DNA from: Basidiobolus meristosporus CBS 931.73
Lineage: Eukaryota > Fungi > Basidiobolomycota
DNA: 64,000 bases
Assembly: GCA_002104905.1 (NCBI GenBank)
Contig: MCFE01000409.1
Span: 1-64,000, forward strand
Direction: 5' to 3'
Part shown: positions 11,828 through 24,430 of the stretch, in pieces
Layout of the letters: each line of letters starts with the position of its first letter
Numbering within the stretch: the stretch's first letter is position 1
Program-made: the position numbers and the translations under genes
Notes under the pieces: model-generated
What the model saw: the letters and a program-made list of their open reading frames with translations, nothing else
The model's database searches: none
Told to the model about the DNA's origin: nothing

Positions 11828-13765
11828 CCCTATGAAAAATTATTGAGATGATTGCATCAAAAGGCCTTCACAAAGTTAAAGTCCCGTGACTAAGAGGTAC
11901 TGATCTTGTCAGGACACCATCCAGAGACCGTTGAAAAATAATTGCACCCCAGATTTCACAAAAAACTTTGTCAAAATTTCTCAACACAACAATGTATAAG
12001 TGGCTTTTCATTGGTTCACTGCCAATTTGCTCTCTTTCTGATCTTGGACACTCTATTGCTTCCTATGTTTGTGTGCATTGATTGCTATTGCCTCTTTTTC
12101 ACACTCCTTACTTCCTGAATCAATCATTTCTCTTACTTTTCATGCGTACAAATTGATTTATTTCCGTTGAAACTTCAGTTGTGCCTCAATTGCCAATGGT
12201 ATTGACCTATACAAGTCTCTATACCCTACACTAACATTAAGCCCAACCCCACACTCAACAAGTAACTCCATTAAAGTCCACTGCTCAATAAGTATTTCTG
12301 CTGTAATGCTCTGGTTCCATGACTTTGGCAGGAACCCAATGGCTTTATGCCACTGTTCATTCACTGGTTCCCACATGTCCTGGTCTTCAGCCGGCACTGC
12401 AAGGTCTAGCTCCTCATCTGCCAGTCTTTGCAATGAATCCTTGCAATATTCCAGTGCGATTTTTTGAGCACTGCTCTTGAAGAAGTGCTGCAACCTCTTG
12501 GTGTGCCTATTAAGGCTCTAAAACTCCACTGAAGGCATTGTGACAGTCTTTTAGGCTCTTGACATTGTAGTCTTGTCTGTCAGTGGGATCTCCACTCTGT
12601 CAACAATGGAGGCTGTGGAGGCTGTGGTAGACAAATTGCCTTTTTCACCAAACTCATCTATCCGCTGGAGTGTAGCTCAACTGGCTGCACTTCAAACTTT
12701 TGTGAAAACAGCTGTTTTCTTGTTGGTAATTCTTCTTGGCTATGTTGGGATTCAGTCTGTTCCTGGCTTATGGTGTTAATTGGCAAGAACTGCAGTTTCT
12801 TTTGCATGCCTCCCTGTCTCAGGCTTGGATAGAAATTTTTCCCTTTACCTTTTTCTTTATCACTGCCTGGTCTTTCACTGATACTTTGACTGAGCTCTTC
12901 TTGTAAAGAACTATGTTTTCTCCTGGATAAATTCTGCTCTGACGCATCTGTTTTGGCCTGCTTGTCCCTTTCTAGCACTCTTCTGGCAACCTGACATATC
13001 TCTTCTGCTTATTTTGAGCTCTCAACTGTACCTGTGACAGGTTCCTGTAGAAGCGGCTGGTTCTTATCACTGCCAGGTCCTTCACTGCTACTTTGACTGG
13101 GTGCTTCTTGAGTGATACCACACTTTTTACTTGATAACTGTTGTGCTGGTGCATCTATTTCCCTAATTGGCCCTCTTCCAGCTACCTGATGTTTTGTTGA
13201 CACTTGTCTGAAGCTTTTGGCCCTGCTTGTAAAGGGCTCTTGAGGAAGCAGCTGGTTTTTAGCCATTGCACCCTTTTTCTTCTGCCTTTAATAGTTTCTG
13301 CTATTCTTAAGATACTTTTGTAGCATACCCAATGCTGGCCCAAGATCTGTTTGCCCATTTGAATCCAGGAGAATGCTCATGGAACAGGTCAAGTCCATTT
13401 TGCTTGGCCTCAAGTTTCTGATGGTCCCATGGTATGCTGGCCTTAAGGTGATGGTGTGCTAGACTTCTGACAGCCTCTTGAAGATTAGCCCACTCTTCAT
13501 TATTGCACTCAATGGCTTCATGGATCTTCAATGTCTTTTCATTTTTGGGCTTTGGTATAAACAACACATTGTCTCCCTCCCATGCTGTGAGAGGTTTTTC
13601 TGTGCATTTTATCTTTGGGCACTGTTGTTGTGCTTCAATGACTGTACGGTGTTCTTCTGCTGTTATATTGGGAAATGGCTCAATCCTTGGCTGTGACATT
13701 GAGCTACTTGAGTTCCTTCTTTGCAGCAATGATACTGCTCTCTCTGCTTGGGATATTGAGTCAGG
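11828..13765 (-). mobile_element. B-end CCCTA fragment with the C-terminal and repeat part of the partner ORF
   Basis: B-TIR CCCTATGAAAAATTATTGAG at 11828; minus-strand ORF pieces ADEELDLAVPAEDQDMWEPVNEQW, QEPFTSRAKS repeats and GFKWANRSWASIG. Confidence 0.75.
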
Positions 13766-14121
13766 AAGTAAGGAGTGTGAGAAAGAGGCAATAGCCAATC
13801 AGTTCACACAAATGTAGGAGGCAATAGAGTGTCTGCAATTATAGAGTGAGCAAATTGGCAGGGAACCAATCAAAAGCCATTTATACATTGTTGTGATGAG
13901 AAAATTTGACAAAGTTTTTTGTGAAATCTGGGGTGCAATTGTTTTTCAATGGTCTCTGGACAGTGTCCTGACAAGATCAGTATCCATTGTTGACAGAGTG
14001 TGTGAGTACTAAATGCAGTACACACTCTTCACCCAAGAGTTCTCCCCAGAGTCCTACCCAAAGTCCCCCAGTATCCTCCCTATGATTCCCCCATATGCCC
14101 TCCCTCCTATCCCTGCCCTAA

Positions 14122-16462
14122 TTGCAAAGTCTGAAGTGTTTAGTGGTTAGTAACAGGCAAAACATGGTGACATTTCCTAGAGGAGTGCCCTTGTTAAACC
14201 TAGAGGAAGTCAACGGAAACAACCAAGGACCACCTACAAACAAGGAACCAAAAGAAGAACTCCCTGAACTGGATGTGGACCCCGGTCTACCACCTGCATT
14301 ACAAGATAAGTTTCCAGAAGGAGTATGCCTGCTTGCCCAAGTATTCTCTAACAACCAAGTAATTGGTCATATACCTGGGGTATGTCACCAAATCCACCTT
14401 GCCAACAAATACCCCATCAAGCAAAAAGCCTATAGGAACTTGAAAATTGACACAGACTATATCAAAGCAGCAATTGAAACTTTATTAAAAGATGACATCA
14501 TTACAGAGAGCCAGTTTCTGTGGGCCTCCCCCATAGTGATAGTCTCAAAGAAAGACACAAAGCAACGCTTTTGCATCAACTACCAAAAATTGAATGCCAT
14601 TATCCAGAAGGACATGTATCCGCTACTGCAAATAGACAACCTCTTGGACAGATTAATTGGAGCTAAATATTTTCGCTCTCTTGACTTAATCTCTGGGTAT
14701 TGGCAAGTAGAAGTAGCCCCAGAAGATTGACCCAAAGCTGCTTTTATAACATTATTTGGATTATAAAAATGGAACTGACTACCCCTTGGCTTGTGCAATG
14801 CCCTGCTATGTTCCAAAGGATGATTGACAAGGTGCTAGGAAATCTACAATGGGAATGCACTCTTGTGTATCTGGACAACATCACAATATATTCCCCCAAT
14901 GTAGAAGAACATATACACAATGTGCAATGTATCCTGACAGCCCTCCTTAAGAACCAACTCAAACTACATCCCAAGAAGTGCCATTTCCTGTATACAAAAT
15001 TGCACTTCCTGGGCCACAAGATCTTGGCAGATGGAATATACCCATCTACTTCACCCCTGAAAGCTGTTCAAGATACACCTGCACAAAAGGATATTAATGC
15101 AGTGTTGGGATTCCTAGGATTAGCCAGCTACTATTGCAGCTTTTTCAAAAACTTTGCAACAATAACAGCCCCCCTATACAAATTGACGCAAAAAGGCCAA
15201 AGTTTTGTGTGGTTGGAGTCTCAAAAGAGAGCATTTCATCAGCTTAAACATTCCTTGTTGTCACCACTAGTGTTATATACTCAATGTTACAAACAAGCAG
15301 AAGAGAGACTTTCAAAAGAAATGGTGTCAGTACAGAGTACAAGAAAACCAATTATGGTTACTCTAAGGACAGTTCAGAGCTGAGGTACCCCTGGTAGCTG
15401 CCTGCAAAGAAATCATACAAGAAAGACATATGTCATTAGGACACACTAACCCCCTAATGACATACAAGATGTTAAGAAAGACGTGTTAATGGAAAAAATG
15501 ATGACCAATGTTGTGAATACATTACAAAGATGCTCCACCTGCAAAAGATTTAACCAGAGTCAGAAGATAAGGACAACTGCACCAATACTGCTTGACCTAC
15601 CCTTCCACCAGGTAGGGATCAACTTTGTTGGCCCCTTTATGAGAGCAAAGAAAGGAGATTTATAGATAATAATTGCTACCAGTTATTTCTCAAAGTGGGT
15701 AGACGCCCAAGCCATCCAAAATAAAGACCAGAAGACAGCTGCCCAATTCATTCTAGAACACCTCATCTGCTGGCACGGATATCCTCAGATACTCCTGTCC
15801 AACAATGGTGGCTCCTTCCTGAACAACACTGTGGCCCATATGTGCAAAATGGTGGGCATGAAACAGGTCTTCACGGCTGCATATCACCCCCAGACCAATG
15901 GATTAACCAAGAGGATGACCCAGATGTGTTGCTGCATACTAGAGAAGCTCCACTGGGAACTTCCCCAATGATGGGCCAAGCTACTCCCACTGACACTCCT
16001 AGCAATGTGTACAATACTAAATAAAACAACAGGTTTCTCCCCGTACAAAGTTCTGTATGGACAAAGACCCAAGTTGTGTGAAGAAGCTGGATTGAAGATG
16101 GAAGGGGTCCCCTTGACAACACATAACAACTATGTAGAAAGGTTGATACACCATATCACCCACCTTTACATGAAAGTATTTGAAAATGCTGACAAGCACC
16201 TTCCCCCTCCACCCAAGAATGAGAAACTAACAGGACAAAAGTAGAAACCAGGCAATAAAGTCCGGTACAATCAAACCGTTGCAGGCCTCAGGTTTTGCCC
16301 ACAATTTACACCCCAAGGGATTGGCCCTTGCACTATTGTTAGTTTTGACCATGGGCCAAAGTACACCATCACCCTGAACAATAAGACAATCAGCAATGTA
16401 GCACCAGCCCATCTGAAACTGCTTCATGATGAACCACCAATCATCACTGAAACCAAAGTGTG
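14122..16462 (+). pseudogene. Disrupted gypsy pol (RT, integrase)
   Basis: HQIHL..PIKQKAYR, WASPIVIVSKK, RFCINYQKLN, SLDLISGYWQV, VYLDNITIYS, PFHQVGINFVGPF, HPQTNGL; RT precedes IN (gypsy order); RNase H not seen. Confidence 0.9.
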
Positions 16463-16569
16463 ATTAAACAATTATCAGGACAAGGACAGAGGAAGACACA
16501 GGATACATATAAAGTTTATTAGAAGGAGATTTTAGTTGACATTGGTACAAATGATATGCACAAGGAAGT

Positions 16570-17746
16570 TTGCCCAAAGGGGATGACAAAAGAATGCCTA
16601 TGGAAAGTGCCAAAGGAAACAGCTCACCCATAACTGGCATTACCCCTCCCACCAGCAAGAATCAATATGATATTGTAAACAAGACCAACCTGCAAGCGTG
16701 GAGAGATATGGTACAAGCATTACGTGCAACAAGAGCCACCTATGAAGAGTTGTTTGCCAGAGCAGTCATGTTGATACAAGACACAATCATAGAGGGACAA
16801 GACAAGCTACCTGTGCCAATACAAAACATGGAGATACTACCCAAGAAGACCACGTACCACCTAAGAGGAGGTTCCTTGATCATTAAGGAGAAGGACACTG
16901 ATTCCTGTATCCATACTGGACACAGTCAGACAGAAGACACAAGGAATCAATTGTTGCGCCCTCACAAGACCTCAAGAGCCCCCCTGTTTTGTTGCGTACT
17001 TGCCATTAATAGGTACCATGGTTGTTGAGGTATATGCAGACCTGGTACAAGCCGCAAGAGCACCAGAAGTAGACCTCCCAATTGAAGGGCTCCTCCAAGA
17101 TATTTGCAAACATCTTAAACTGCATTTTCAAGAAGGAACCATCATAGAGAAGATACGCAAATGGATTAAATACACCAGCCAGTTAACCCATGCAATCCAC
17201 TAAGTTGCTGTGTTACAACTATTACTGTGGTTTACCATAGAACAACTCAAGAACCAGTACAAAGTCCAACTCCAAGAAGCCAAAGAAACCGCTACAGACT
17301 CTGTAGAAACCATGAGGCAAGTACAAAAGTGCCTCAACTGCACTACAGTTTCTACGGAAGAACTACAATATGTCTTGGAAGATGCAAAAACTTGTTACTA
17401 ACAACAGGTGACTGCCAACCAAGTGTATGCCCTCTTCAAAAGGTCCCCTGCCATCATATTGAACACAAAAAGGACAAGCCCCAGCAATGTTTGCAAGATA
17501 AAGGAGCAAGAATTTATTGCGCTATTGCACCTGTTCTTGTTCTCCAACCCTCCCAAGGAACTTACCCAGAACCCTATGGTTTGCCACCCATTTAGCTCTG
17601 TGGAAAACATCCCTCAAGCAATGCAAGCAACACCCCACTCTGTTGCCAAATGGTATCAGGTATTTGCCTGCAAACCCCTTGCAAGTGACAACCAGCAATG
17701 GTACTATGGCAACTCCCCATGCTCTGTGAGCAAAATCAACCCTTGA
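16570..17746 (+). pseudogene. Extra ~390-codon ORF of unknown function between gypsy integrase and the 3' LTR
   Basis: ORF 16570-17028, then one frameshift to a single frame 17000-17746 broken only by two TAA codons (17201, 17399); ends 55 bp before the LTR. Confidence 0.6.
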
Positions 17747-20090
17747 GAAGCAAGTTAGTCATAGATCTTCAAGGACAAAGCTCCCTTTAACCCCCGGGAT
17801 ATGTGAGTACTAAATGCAGTACCCACTCTTTGCCCAAGAGTTCTCCCCAGAGTCCTACCCAAAGTCCCCCAGTATCCTACCTATGATTCCCCACCTGCCC
17901 TCCCTCCTATCCCTGCCCTTATCTAGTTAGAACACTTACCATAGTAGAAAGGTGCTCACACCCCTATTTATAACACATTTTGTATTATCTAAGCCCCCCC
18001 AAGTGATATATATATACCCAATTGAGCCAAGTGAGGGGACAAGAGGATTTGGATGGAATAAACACAAGTCTTTATTACCTTACTACCTTCTATTGGAAGC
18101 TATTCCAAACCAAATGGTAATGACTTGACCTACAAGCTCTCCCACTCACCAAGTACAGTCAGTAATAACCCACAGAGTGGAGATCCCACTGACAGATAAG
18201 GCTATAACTTCAAGAGCTCAAAAGACTATCACAATGCCTTCAGTGGAATTTTGGAACATTAATAGGCACACCAAGAGGTTGCCATACTCCTTCAAGTGCA
18301 GTGCTCAAGAAAATGCACAGTAATATTTCAAGGATTTATTGGAATGACTGGCAGATGAGGAGCTAGACCTTGCAGTGCCAGCTGAGGATCAGGACATGTG
18401 GGAACCAGTGAATGAACAGTGGCATGAAGCCATTGGGTTCCTGTCAAAGTCATGGAACCAGAGCATTACAGCAAAAATACTTATTGAGTTGTGGATTTTA
18501 AGGGGGTCACATGTTGAGTGTGGGGTTGGGCTTGATGTTAGTGTAGGGTATAGGGACTTGTATAGGTCAATACAATTGGCAATTGAGGTACAACTGAAAC
18601 TTCAAACAGAATAAATCAATTTGTTTACATGAAAAGTAAGAGAAATGACTGGTTCAGGAAGTAAGGAGTGTGAAAAAGAGGCAATAGCCAATCAATGCAC
18701 ACAAACATAGGAAGCAATAGAGAGTCCAAGATCAGAAAGAGAGCAAATTGGCAGGGAACCAATCAAAAGCCACTTATACATTGTTGTGATGAAGAATTTT
18801 GACTTAGAATTTTGTGAAATCTGGGGTGAAATTATTTTTCAACGGTCTCTAGATGGTGCCCTGACAGGATCAGTACCTCTCAGTCACAGGACTTTAACTT
18901 TGTGATGGTTGTTTGATGGGATCATCTCAATAATTTTTCATAGGGTGATAGGAGCCCATGAGTAGGACTTAAGGTAGCAGATACTCTGTAATATCTTGCC
19001 AATTGTTTCAAGTTTCTCTTGTATCTCAAAGGGCTCATTTAGCATGAAATGCCCCAAGTACAAATTGGTCAACAGTATACGGATATTGTTGAAAAGCAAA
19101 TGCATTTCTCCCAGTGAAAAGCTTTTGCTCCAACACATACCCTATATCTTTAGTATCTGTAGTTTGCAATTAATTACATTTTTGGCCAATGGCTTATAGC
19201 TTGCCAACTTTGCTGCAATTGCATGCTGACTTCTGTATGTTCTCTTTGCAGAAAGATTGTGTTGTCAGTGTTTGTGTTTGAGTAATAATAATGTATGTGA
19301 GTTATGGAGTAAGTCACCTGGATCTCACATGTCCAACAGCAATACTGTCCATTTTGCCCAGAAAAGTTGGCTATCTTGCTTATAGCTGAGGTATCTCCTA
19401 TGCAGATAATATTATGCACTTTGACATAACTGCCATTTACTGTTATCCTGCTGCAAAGTATACAAAATTCATCCAGCATTGGATACAGGTAGCTTTCCAG
19501 TTGGAACTGTGATTAAGGCCCAGATACCAATGAGACTCCCATCAGCTTTATGCTCTGATACCATAAGATAGGCGGCAGATTCAGGTTGATGAGAATCAGT
19601 GGCCAGTAGGATTTGCTGGTAGAGCACTTGTTTCATGAGAAACTGTCAAGTGCCAAGGCAAAGGCAAAGGCAATGTCATACATACCATCAAAGTAGCTCT
19701 TGCCTCTTAGCTGATTGTAATGTTTGCCATCAAATATATCTGATATGTTTGCTCTTGATTGACACCAGGCAGAGTACTTTATAGCTTCACAATATTTGTT
19801 GGACTGCATGAGCTTTGTTAGACAGGGTACTAACAGAATATATTCAGAGTATCAACAATGTTTTCATCCAATAGTGATGGATTCCTGACAAGATGGACAC
19901 CTTGCAATGGTGACATTTTCTGATGTGAATGCCATGCAGCTTTTAACACAAGCTGATATCAGGATGGTCTTGGGGTCATATGTTGCCAGCTGCATGATGG
20001 TTTTTCACTTTTACCATGCATATGGTAAGCTACATACTGGATTGATTTTGGCAATAAGCAGTAGTAAATCCTCAAAGCCTCCACTACTGA

Positions 20091-20458
20091 TGTTATGATC
20101 TGCTGCTTGAATGTTTAAGTTAGATCAGTTTTTAGTCAAATCCATTAGTATATGTCTAGGTTAGCAGTATATCAGTATTATCTATGAAATCAGTAGCATT
20201 AGTCAGCAAATGAATCAGCAGATCTTTATCAGACAGAAATAGATATATTAAGTAAGATCTTATTGGGTGATGATGATGCAATCAAATGAGTCATCAGCCA
20301 CAGCCTACATTAGGAAATACAATTAGTCAGCAATTGATCTGGCAAAATGTATATAAGGAGCTGTTGGAACCTCAATAAAAATCAGTTCAAGTTTTAGTGA
20401 ATACAATACTAGCTAAACTCCCTATTCCTCTACAGCTCTTATACTAAGATTTGTAACA
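20091..20458. repeat. Solo LTR (368 bp), 4-bp TSD family, copy 1
   Basis: TGTTA..TAACA; TSD CTGA on both sides; inverted sister copy at 30226-30592. Confidence 0.88.
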
Positions 20459-21209
20459 CTGATATTAGTGGAAACACACCACCTCTCTAGCCACAATAAC
20501 TCATCATTCATCAGTAGCTGGATCACTGGGCTCACTTGTCTTCATAGAATATCCTTGGCATTTTTTTCCACAGGTGTTATCTCATTGCATAATGGGATTT
20601 TGCTGGGCGCATGCAGGGTGCTGTTGTGAGAGAATATAGGCTCACCACCCATCAGTGAGCCTGCTTCTTGAGGGCTATCATTCTGCATGCCATATTCAGA
20701 AGACTGGGGTGAGCCTGCAGATGTCACAAGCTCACCTGACTCAGTTTGCACAAGGTGACAAGAACAGCCAGATACTGTTATATTAATATCAAGTGGCCAG
20801 CAAGATATTGTTTATGCAGTAGTGATGGGTAAATGGTCAAATATGACCTGGGTGGCAAAATGCTGGCCATGATCCTTGCAATACTTCCAATGCTGTCTGT
20901 GTGCTTCACAGCCAAGAGGCTTGCTAAAATAGCCACATGGTCCTTTTTCTCCTCTCTTGTGATGTTTATTCAATGTAGTCTTGTCCATGTGGCAAGCAGC
21001 TTGATGCTCAACAATGTGACAATATTATATCACTTTTAGTCAATACTCATGAGAGTTTAAGACAGTCATGTATTTGAAACATTGTACCTACATGAAAGTA
21101 CAATTCAATGATGACCCACTGTAGTAAGCATTGTAGGTAAAGTTGTGGTACCACATAAACATGCATACATAAGACCACTTCCCCTTAGGTTCAGCTCACT
21201 TCCATATAT

Positions 21210-22430
21210 ATGAGGCTAAAAAATAATGCCAAGTTGTCTGGTTCCCAACCAAACCCCACTGCTGATAGTAGTAGAAGAACAGCTTGACAACAGCTTACTT
21301 TGACATTCAGTGCAGAAAGCAGGGTTACAACCAAAAAAGGCCTGGTGAACAGTGTGCCTACTGAAGGGAATAATGTAGACCCCTCAGGCTTTCAGTCAAG
21401 TATGCAACTGGGGATCTTTGCAGAGTTACAAGCCAAACATATTGCTGAGGCAGATGAGAATGTAGCAACAGCAGTACCTTCAGTTGAAGACCAGCAAGTA
21501 GCTGTCATAACATCACCACCACCTGTATTAGCAAGTATGTCATCAGCTCATACCAAAGTATATATGTGGCAATTAGGTGCTGTGACCAATAGGATAAATG
21601 TAATGGCCTTGAAAAAACAGGCAATAGTCCAGAAATATTATGAGCAGATAAAAGATGTAGAGCAATCAATGTCCCATGTAGAGAAAGCAGTATCTTTGCT
21701 GCAAACAAGGAGCTCAAGTAGCTCAACATCACAGCCAAGAATTGAGCCATTTCCTGATGTAACAGCAGAGGAACACTGTACAGGCTTTGAAGTAAAATAT
21801 CAGTGCCCAAAGATAAAGCCCACAGAAAAACCTATTACAGCATGGGAGGGAGTAAATATAGTGTTTATACTAGTGCCTAAAAATCAAGAGACACTAAAGA
21901 ACTGCAAAGGCATTGAGTGCAATAATGAAGAGTGGGCTAATATTCAAGAGGCTGTTAGAAGTCTAGCATGCCATCACCTTAAGGCTGGCATACCATGGGA
22001 CCATCAGGAACTAGAGGTTGAGCAGAATGCGCTTGACTTGATCCATGAGCATTATCCTGGATTCAAATGGGCAAACAAATCTTGGGCCAGCATTGGGTAT
22101 GCTAAGAAAGTATCTTAAGAATAGCAGAAACTGTCAAAGGCAGAAGTGCAAGGATGCCATGACTAAAAACCAGCCTCTTCCTCAAGAGCCTGTAAGAAGC
22201 AGGGCAAAAAGCTCCATACAAGTGTCAAAGAGGCATCAGGTAGTCTGAGGAATGCCAATAAGGGAAAAGCAGGCAGACATAGATGTGCCAGCACAACATT
22301 TATAAAGGAAAAAGTGTAGTTTTACTCAAGAAGCACTCAGTTAAGGTAGCAGTGAAGGACCTGGTAGTGATAAAACACATAGCTACCTTGGGAGCCTGTC
22401 ACAGCATGGGTCCAGAGCTTGAAACAAGCA
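21210..22430 (+). pseudogene. Partner ORF of the CCCTA element, N-terminal half (MPPKNKAKLS family)
   Basis: 272-aa open stretch 21300-22118; homologous to 6969-7665(-), 13307-13798(-), 31800-32745(-), 44736-45882(-) and 50697-51190(+). Confidence 0.75.
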
Positions 22431-22442
22431 GGAAAGAAGCAT

Positions 22443-23853
22443 TGTAGTGGGGTCAGAGTGACACCTGCTGACACATGTGCTCATTCACATATTTTCCACT
22501 TCCTTATTTCTCTACTACACTTATTATAGTTTTATCTCAATTGTGTTACTTGATCTATACTATCCCATAAGCTGGCTGACTATCACACCTGCTTACCTTA
22601 TTGCATAAGTTATCCTTCACTTTATGTAAGATTACTAGCTGAAAGTACTTCTATATGAGGCAAGTATACATGCTAGTACCCATAACACATGACTAAACTG
22701 CATTACCATCCCTACCATTTTGATAACACATATGGTATCCCTATATTATACAGGTATCAGATTACTGAACCCTGATTGGTTGGGTCTGCTGTGCCTATTA
22801 GAACCTTCCAGCCCCTACTTTGTACATTTTTGCTCCTTCTGATGTCATTAAGATTTCTATTTGACCACTGGAACCTTCTGGAACACCATGATTAGTAATC
22901 ACTTTGCCAGTGGGAAAAGTATATAAGGGGGCAATCATTCAACAATAAATCATGATCCCTTTTATCAAAATACCAGCTTGTTGACCAGTGTATTCACTGC
23001 TACCTGCTGCTCCCTGAACTTCCGGTCCCAGACCACAGGTCACTCCCAGGAAACTGCACTGACAGCCAACTGACCTGGTAGGCACTGCTTGTGAGGATTA
23101 CTCAGAGTAGGTATCTTTTATTATATTTGATTCATTCCCAAGTTTGTTCTTGTACAGGCAAAGATACTTTTCTGTCTTTGTGACTATTGACCACAGCTGC
23201 ATTCTTATCAAGTCCCTGCTGGTGGAGTTTACAGTTGTTTGCCTTTGGAAGGTTTAGTGCATTTTCATCTCAAAATAAGTTGAACCCAGCACATACTTAT
23301 GTTCAGATGCCAACTAAGTTGGGGTTTATAGCTCTATGATTTTCCCTTGACAAGCTTGTGGCTTTATTCCCCATCACATTAGATTAGAGACAGAACCCAA
23401 GCTTTCCTAGAAAGATTTTGCCAGAGGTTGTTGTACCCAGTGAACACCCCACACTCATAACACTTGAAAAGTGTTAGACATATCTCTCCCTTGAACTTAT
23501 ACACCACATATTTGGCACGCAACATGGTGGGCTCATTCAAGCTCACTAGGACCCAACAAGATTTGCCTGAAGATTTGAGCCATTATCCACTTATTGAAAA
23601 GAGTACCAATATTATCAAGATTGCAACACCAACTTACTTACCCAAAATGAGCTCTATGCCATTATCACTCTCACATGGAGCCCCACAGTTTGATGGAAAG
23701 AAAGTGGAAAGCTTCATATTCAAATGGAAGAGCACTGCAAGATGTGCAGCCTATCTGAACAAGAAATGGCTGAAGACTTCCTCCACTGCTGCACCAATGA
23801 TAGTTCCAATAAGCTTCTCAGACAAGGAGACATTCTCATTGACTGGGCCTTGA
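22443..23853 (+). mobile_element. Truncated Ty3/gypsy-like element: 1066-bp 5' LTR, degenerate tRNA-Lys PBS, gag start
   Basis: LTR 22443-23508 (TGTAGTG..CACCACA) is homologous to 43287-44346; TGGCACGCAACATGGTGGGCTC at 23513-23534 resembles the Lys(CUU) PBS TGGCGCCCAACGTGGGGCTC; a gag-like APQFDGKKVESFIFKW follows. Confidence 0.7.
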
Positions 23854-23890
23854 TGAAGACCTACCCACAAAATGTCTGGTAGTCAGAAGA

Positions 23891-24430
23891 GTGCCCATAT
23901 GGGACAGGCAGGCAGAAACAGATGCATCAGTGCAGCATTTGACAAGGAGACAAATTGTTCAGTACAAGATGCACTCAGTCATAGTAGCAGTGAAGGACTT
24001 GAAAGTGATAAAAACATCCAGCTTTCTCAGGAGCCCATCACAAGCAGGGCTGAAAGCTCCAAGCATGTGCCAAAGAAATATAAAGTTGCTGGGAGAGTGC
24101 TAGCAAGAGACAAGCAGGCAAAAATAGTTGCACCAGTATGGCATTCAACAAGGAGAAAATAAAATAGAATTCAAGAAGCATTTAGTCAAAATGACATTGA
24201 AGGACTCAACGGTGATGAAAACCTGCAGCTTTTTCAGGAGCCTGTCCAAAGCAGGGCTAATAGCTTTAAGCAAGTGGCTAAGAAATGTCATGTTACCGGC
24301 AGAGTACTGGCAAGGGGCAAGCTGGCAGAAATAGATGCACTAGTGCACCATTAATCAAGAAAAAAACAGAGTACCATACCAGAATCACTTAGTCAAAGTA
24401 GCAGTGAAAGACTTTGCAGTGATAAATATA
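23891..24430 (+). repeat. ~207-bp (69-codon) tandem repeat inside the partner ORF
   Basis: Units start at ~23891, 24097 and 24304 and share CAAGCAGGC..GCACTCAGTCA..AGCAGTGAAGGAC..GTGATAAAAAC..CAGGAGCC; the same unit occurs at 12.86-13.27 kb and 44.6-44.9 kb on the minus strand. Confidence 0.75.

Larger units (their letters stand above)
14001..18174 (+). mobile_element. Ty3/gypsy LTR retrotransposon (gag and RNase H deleted, extra 3' ORF)
   Basis: LTR start TGTGAGTACT at 14001 (remnant to ~14119) and full 3' LTR 17802-18174 (TG..CA); 5-bp TSD GAGTG at 13996-14000 and 18175-18179; the flanks rejoin as the partner-ORF sequence GACA-GAGTG-GAGATCCC. Confidence 0.92.
10964..18945 (-). mobile_element. 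Nested CCCTA-family copy with both TIRs (internally deleted and rearranged)
   Basis: A-TIR CCCTATGAAAAATAATT at 10964; B-TIR ...AATAATTTTTCATAGGG ending at 18945; flanks TGAT|..|TGAT rejoin as contiguous transposase sequence (compare GCATGTTGATTGGAG near 41062). Confidence 0.8.

Noticed and set aside
17201-17401. CAA-to-TAA stops as proof of classical RIP
   Set aside because: C-to-T nonsense changes are confined to CAA, CAG and CGA codons, so this is ascertainment bias; paired-copy differences seen by eye include CpG and CpT contexts, and a computed spectrum is needed.
16570-17746. Retroviral-type env gene
   Set aside because: No visible signal peptide, furin cleavage site plus fusion peptide, or C-terminal transmembrane helix; kept only as an unknown ORF.
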